Shown piece after piece: positions 58,864 through 64,000 of a DNA stretch of 64,000 nt. Under the pieces are notes generated by a model. That model saw only the letters and a list, made by a program, of their open reading frames with translations. It made no database searches and was not told the origin of the DNA. The DNA is from Nemertoderma westbladi (taxonomy: Eukaryota > Animalia > Xenacoelomorpha), in assembly GCA_032718475.1 (NCBI GenBank), contig JAUCBJ010006667.1:3912-67911 (forward strand), written 5' to 3'. The number at the start of each line of letters is the position of its first letter. Position 1 is the first letter of the stretch. A program made the position numbers and the translations under genes.

Positions 58864-60050
58864 CCTGGGCTGGATTGCCTGCTATCATCAGCATTGTTAA
58901 TGGCATCAACCTGCTTAACACGATACGCTCCTTTAGATTATCATAGTACTGCCTGTTAAGGGACCGAGATGCAGCCTTATATGCATCCTTGGCTGTCCTA
59001 GTGTTCCCGTGTCGGTACTCATTCTACGCCTTAGAGAGGTCATTTCGAGTTTTCCGGTTCGCTTCTTGAACTGGGTTCCAGCCGAAAACAGTCCATTTCC
59101 AGACATGAAATTCTTAAGATGGGCGGAATCTCGGTTTACACTATTGCTATAGATAGCAGGGCGATGTAGATGAATGGTAGACTTGCTTAAAGTTACCCAG
59201 GAAAGTTAAGAATGCATGCTGATCCACTCCATCAGTTAAGTGTTTGTAGATTGTGGTAGCAATTTCCCACCTATTTTACTGGGGCAAGTGGCAACACTAG
59301 TTGGAGAGTAGCACACAATCAGAACTACCTTGGTAAACTTCTTGGATGATGCGGTTGGAGATTTGGTCTATTTTGCCCACTGGTGCATGTGCAGTTGGAT
59401 TCATTAATAGATCAATTCCACCATTGCCACTATCCTCCGCCGATGCGAGGGCGAGTCGCCAACCGCCCCAATGTCCTTAATCAGAACCTCATCAGTCTGT
59501 CCAGTCTGCATTCGGTGCTCTTGAATACGCTCTGCACTAAGGCAAAGCTTATCAGTAAGCAGTAAGCTGTGCAGTTGGGCAGTAAGCTCGCCTTGTCGCA
59601 TTGTCGCACTTCACCAAAGGCTTGGTTGGTCGGGGGGAACGTGAGATTAGCCTCCGACTACAGAATCCCTCTCCACCTCGCAATCTGGCCTCACAGGTGA
59701 CCGAGGGTTTGGTCCAGAAAAGTCACCAGGAAAGGGACTAACAGAATTGTTGGCCGCTCTCTTTCCAGTAGGGGGTGAGACAGGCAGACAGGTGCAGGTC
59801 GCAGTACAATGCGTACAATTTGGAGATGAGAGGACTCACTCTTGACCAGCCATTGGTAGATTACCATCTGCCTGGTCAGGCCATATACCCTTGCAGCCGA
59901 GTACGTGGGTCATTAACACAGGGCCAAGGGCGTTCATATCCCAGAACGAAGGGGGTCCTAGTTACAGGACCAGTGCAGCCACAGGTGTCACCTCCTTTAT
60001 GCGGCATGGAGGTGGCAAGTTTTCTGTATCAATGACCCAGAATCCCTGAC
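58864..60050 (-). mobile_element. RTE-like LINE remnant, 5' UTR and endonuclease region
   Basis: Degenerate APE N-terminus (IQEHR motif in 59404-59601). The reading continues across the cctgg TSD into the 46327 fragment. The 5' boundary is approximate. Confidence 0.65.
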
Positions 60051-60153
60051 CTGACCTGGACAAACTATGGTACAAACTATGCTTCTACTCAAATAGTAAT
60101 AATAATCAATATAATAATATTCACTCGTGATATCAACTCCCCAATTAATTAAC

Positions 60154-60878
60154 CTGTATAATAATGATGGATTGATGACCATGGGTGTCAGATTACTACT
60201 CGGTGTGATGAGGTATGACACCTGTGCCTCCTCAATACTCGTCTTCACCCACATAAATAAGTTAACTAGAACGCACTGAGCGAAAAACAGCCTGGAGAAT
60301 GATCGATGTTTGTATAAACACAGGTCAGAGAACGGAATGATAACAAGAATTTGACCAATCATAAAGAGAGCCCCTATAACTATAGAAACTGGTAGTTGGG
60401 CAGGAACATTACAATGCCTGAGGGCAGCTGTCCACACGACTAGATCTATCCCATCTTGTATCAAACTCGCAACAAGGAATATAAACACTCCCGTTTTGAT
60501 ATATATATTTCCGTTGTGATGGTCTTTAGGGGCGTCAGATTGCGCAACGCAAAAGCGTAGAATGTTGACCAGAGCCAGTAATCCGAGGGAATACACAAAT
60601 ATGGAGAAGTTTTCAACATGATCGTCGCGTACTTGACGTTTGATCTGATTGGTTATTGTCAGGACAACGCCTATAACGAGAAAGCAGATGACATACAAAC
60701 CAGAGAACCACACAGATGCGTTAGCACCCTGTAACAAATGCAAGACATATTGTGGTCTGTTTCCTTTATGCTTCTCCTTATTATTGCTTCTAACTCCATT
60801 GGTGTCGTTGTGGTGATCGTCAACTATATCAATTGATCCATAACCATCGCGGTTATGTACAATAATTGACTCCGCCAT
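60154..60878 (-). CDS. OTOP: Otopetrin paralog A, exon 1
   Basis: SGLY....LV.G, GNIYIKTGVFIF, F..GQ...I and VNLFMWVKT.IEE motifs. Donor cag/GTTAAT at 60153 gives phase 2, matching the exon 2 acceptor; the joined CDS is 1827 nt (608 aa). Confidence 0.8.
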
Positions 60879-61652
60879 TTCGTAATTAAGTTAATTGCGT
60901 AACAGAAACCATGTCAACATAACTAGTAAGTCAGTAAGTAAGAAGATCCTATCTACAGTAGGGCCTACTTGTCATGTACGGTACTACAATTATTGGTGTA
61001 TTTTGTTGAGTCAATGGCGCAAAATGACCACAAACACAAAAATTTTTTAGTGGATTTGAAAGCTTAATTTAATTTAATTAAAAACATTAAGGGAAAAGGG
61101 CAGGTTACAGTGAAGTGGCGGTGTTTTCTAACCAATATTATTTCACTTGCGGTAAATTTGCGCTGCAGACAACTATTTTCACTTGCGGTCAATGTGCGCC
61201 ACTTTCTGATTTAGTTGTATTGAACTTCAGTCACATGGACCCAGACTTTAAATTATTTAAATAGTATAGTGGCTGTAAAATTAACTTTCCCGAGAACTAT
61301 TGACGGGATACTGATGAAAGATATGCATTAGGCTCAACTCATAATTATTGGCAGCACCAGCAACTTATAGACCGCACTGATAATAATATATTATATTGCC
61401 AAATAATAATATAAACTTGTTATCTACGGTACTATCCGCTAGAAACGACGCAAAAAATACCCGTAAAGATTTGGCAAGATAATGCCTTATTCGTATCTTT
61501 AATTCGAATTGTAATAATGATAGTGTATATACCATACAGCAGATAAGAAGGTATATCATTGATTGAGAAGCCAAAGGTCAGTTTACAGAAAGGAGCGAAT
61601 AATAATCCCTTTTTTAATAAAGACGGTTTACGGAACGCCTTAAATATTTCCA

Positions 61653-61722
61653 CCTTGGTGTAGTGGTTGCATTGAATTCACATCTCCCGTAGGTCGTGGG
61701 TTCGATCCTGGCTGGGCCAGGG
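61653..61722 (+). mobile_element. tRNA-derived SINE-like head (degenerate)
   Basis: A box tggtgtagtgg and B box ggttcgatcc; no intact cloverleaf. Confidence 0.5.
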
Positions 61723-62026
61723 TAGTTTTCGTTTCGGTACGAATGCTTTCAAGAAACTAGCCAGGGCGCATCCCTGCGTTGCATCCTTAATGTAGCTAAA
61801 TGAGTGCTGGAGTTTCCTCACTGAAAATATGTCGTCAAACTTGGTTGGAAATTTACTTTTACTTTATTTTAGTAAATCGGAAGCCAGAGATGCGTTCAAA
61901 CCTCCTAGGTCGGGCTCGAGAGAAACTTTCCGGTTCTCAAGTAAAACGATTGGAGCGACTATGTGGTGTGTTTTTAGTTAATTACTAACGTTATTTAATA
62001 TAATGAATTAATACACTGAACTGAAG

Positions 62027-62058
<32 letters not shown>

Positions 62059-63233
62059 ACCGAGAGGCGGAAATAGATCGGTCAACTCATTCTATATTGT
62101 TTATTTATAATCCGTTAAAATTTTGTAGGGTGTGGGGCGAGACACGTATGTAGGGTGTATAGTACTCTATAGGCTGCCTCATTCTCAGGATTTATTAAAA
62201 TGCCTGTAGTTCCCCATTCCATCGCTATAATTCTTATTAATCCGTTAAATGCTGATATCTGACAGATATTTTCTAATAATAGACTTAGTTTTCGTGATTG
62301 CTTGACTCATCTGCAGTTACCCACCCCACCGCAAGGAAGGAAATCTGATTTTCAAGTAGAAATGTATGTCCTGCAGCATGAGGCGGAGGGCCCCGGTAGT
62401 GTTTCTGGTCAAAGGATCGAAACTGTCAAGGGTCGAATGATGTCGAAATGTCCCCCTTATATATGATTTTATTATTACTCCTTTCTCACAATTAGTAACA
62501 GCATCGTTTATTGTTTCGGTTAGAGAGATATTAGCTTTTGACGCGTGGGCGGCCCTGTGATAAGGTGCATTTAATTTTTCGATCCTTTAACTCACATTCC
62601 TTTTGACCCGTTCGACTCTTTGTCATGAAATTGGTAACCGGAAGTCAACAAAGAACAATAACTATTACATGTAAAACAATTGTACTGAAAAAATAATGTC
62701 GCACTCCGATATAAAGTTGGAAATATGTCGCCCCACGATTTAGTAGTACAAAATTTTTTCCACACAAATAAATAAATTATAAATAGGTATTTCGGTTTCT
62801 TGTTGAATATAGTGTCTGATTTGTTTTTGACATTTTAGGTGAGAGATCGCGCAGCAATATTATATTAAAAATTAATTTGTCAATAACGTATTAAAATATT
62901 ATTTATCATACTATTAAAGTTCCAATTTAGACTTTGGATCAATATTCTGTTAACGACACTGTAGTTGCTTAGAAATGGTATCACGGGGTAACTTTCTGCA
63001 ACACTCCCCTCTAAAGATGCTGTAGTACCCATTTCTATTGTTATGACATTCTTATATTATTTCTTTATTTCTTCTTTTCCAGTTGTTACTATCAATTTTT
63101 TGTCTGAGTTGCAAACAATACGTCTTCAACTTTCCACTATGAACAACAGTTGATACCAAACCTACAGTTTGTAAAAAATAATAAACTAAGAAATTATAGA
63201 AGCGGATACAATTTATGTTGATTTTTTTCTAAT

Positions 63234-64000
63234 TTACTCAGTTTGATAGCTATGAAATGTACTTGACCTTGGATTTAGTCGTTGGATGTTAATAAAAATG
63301 CTTGCTCTTGGATTTACTATCCGATGACTGAAAGCATGTTTTAACAAATCCCAGAGACAGACACTGGAATGGAATCGAAAGAATATCGCCATCGGTGCAA
63401 CTGTGTGGAGCATCATGTGCCAAGTTTTTATTCCGTAAAAATTCTTCTGCACCGGGTTGGCATCCACTTTTGTTTCAAAAATGCTGCTACACCACATTGC
63501 CATATTGGAAAGTAGAGCGAACACCATAAAACCTTTACTCCAAGTCTCGCCATTCGGCATTGGTCGTCGTTGTAATCCATCAAGTACAACACCTGCTTGA
63601 ACTGTGATCTCTATGAAGTGAAATGTGTATATGGAGCCGGCCATTGCTTTTTCGTAAGGACTAGATGTATTATCAAATATTGCGGACACCAAACTGAATG
63701 CGTCTATAAAATACATACCAATAAGTGAAATTAATAGAAGCTCATAATCTACACATGTAAGATCTTTCTGCTCATATTGATGTTTCAGTTTAAGAATGGC
63801 CCCAATGATCATCATAGTCAGTGTCATCACTATCATCATGGCTATATTATAAGTCGCATACCACATCATGTATTTATTTGTTTCGTAGCTGCTGCCTTTG
63901 GATGAATTTCGGTCTAATAAAACTAAAAGGGAGATCCGTGTCACTAGTGTAATAGTGCCGAGAACTAGACCAGTAGCCATTGCACGTGCGCCGCTGCCAC
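63234..64000 (-). CDS. OTOP: Otopetrin paralog B, 3' part (continues beyond the window end)
   Basis: Clearly homologous to paralog A: ISLIGMYF, YTFHFIE.TVQA.V.LDGL.RRP..NGETWSKG and PMAIFFRFHSSVCLWD.LKHA. Confidence 0.9.
   Translation of the reverse strand, partial: GSGARAMATGLVLGTITLVTRISLLVLLDRNSSKGSSYETNKYMMWYATYNIAMMIVMTLTMMIIGAILKLKHQYEQKDLTCVDYELLLISLIGMYFIDAFSLVSAIFDNTSSPYEKAMAGSIYTFHFIEITVQAGVVLDGLQRRPMPNGETWSKGFMVFALLSNMAMWCSSIFETKVDANPVQKNFYGIKTWHMMLHTVAPMAIFFRFHSSVCLWDLLKHAFSHRIVNPRASIFINIQRLNPRSSTFHSYQTE

Noticed and set aside
59997-60153. C-terminal part of the 293-aa ORF
   Set aside because: It reads through the predicted donor into the intron. The alternative donor at 60221 is phase-incompatible with exon 2.

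Overview
Animal (invertebrate-like) nuclear DNA: an AT-rich, repeat-dense background with GC-rich coding islands. Host genes are the last exon of WDR91, uninterrupted POLA2, WDR34/DYNC2I2 and RPL11 ORFs, and two tandem otopetrin paralogs. One paralog has two exons whose 14.6-kb intron holds an RTE-like LINE, itself interrupted by an LTR element. Two young BEL/Pao LTR retrotransposons dominate the second half. Element 1 (32122-43529) is inserted into box A of a U3 snoRNA gene. Element 2 (46328-58863) is a Gag-protease-only deletion derivative. Neither has a tRNA-type primer-binding site; in both, the bases just after the 5' LTR are complementary to an 11-12-nt segment inside their own LTR, suggesting Tf1-like self-priming in BEL/Pao. 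Element 1 also carries an array of about 13 covarying stem-loops in its 3' region. The remainder is minisatellites, foldback/MULE-, hAT- and Harbinger-like non-autonomous elements, a Helentron-associated (HINE-like) element and tRNA-derived heads. All gene and family calls rest on motif recognition by eye; no database searches were run.
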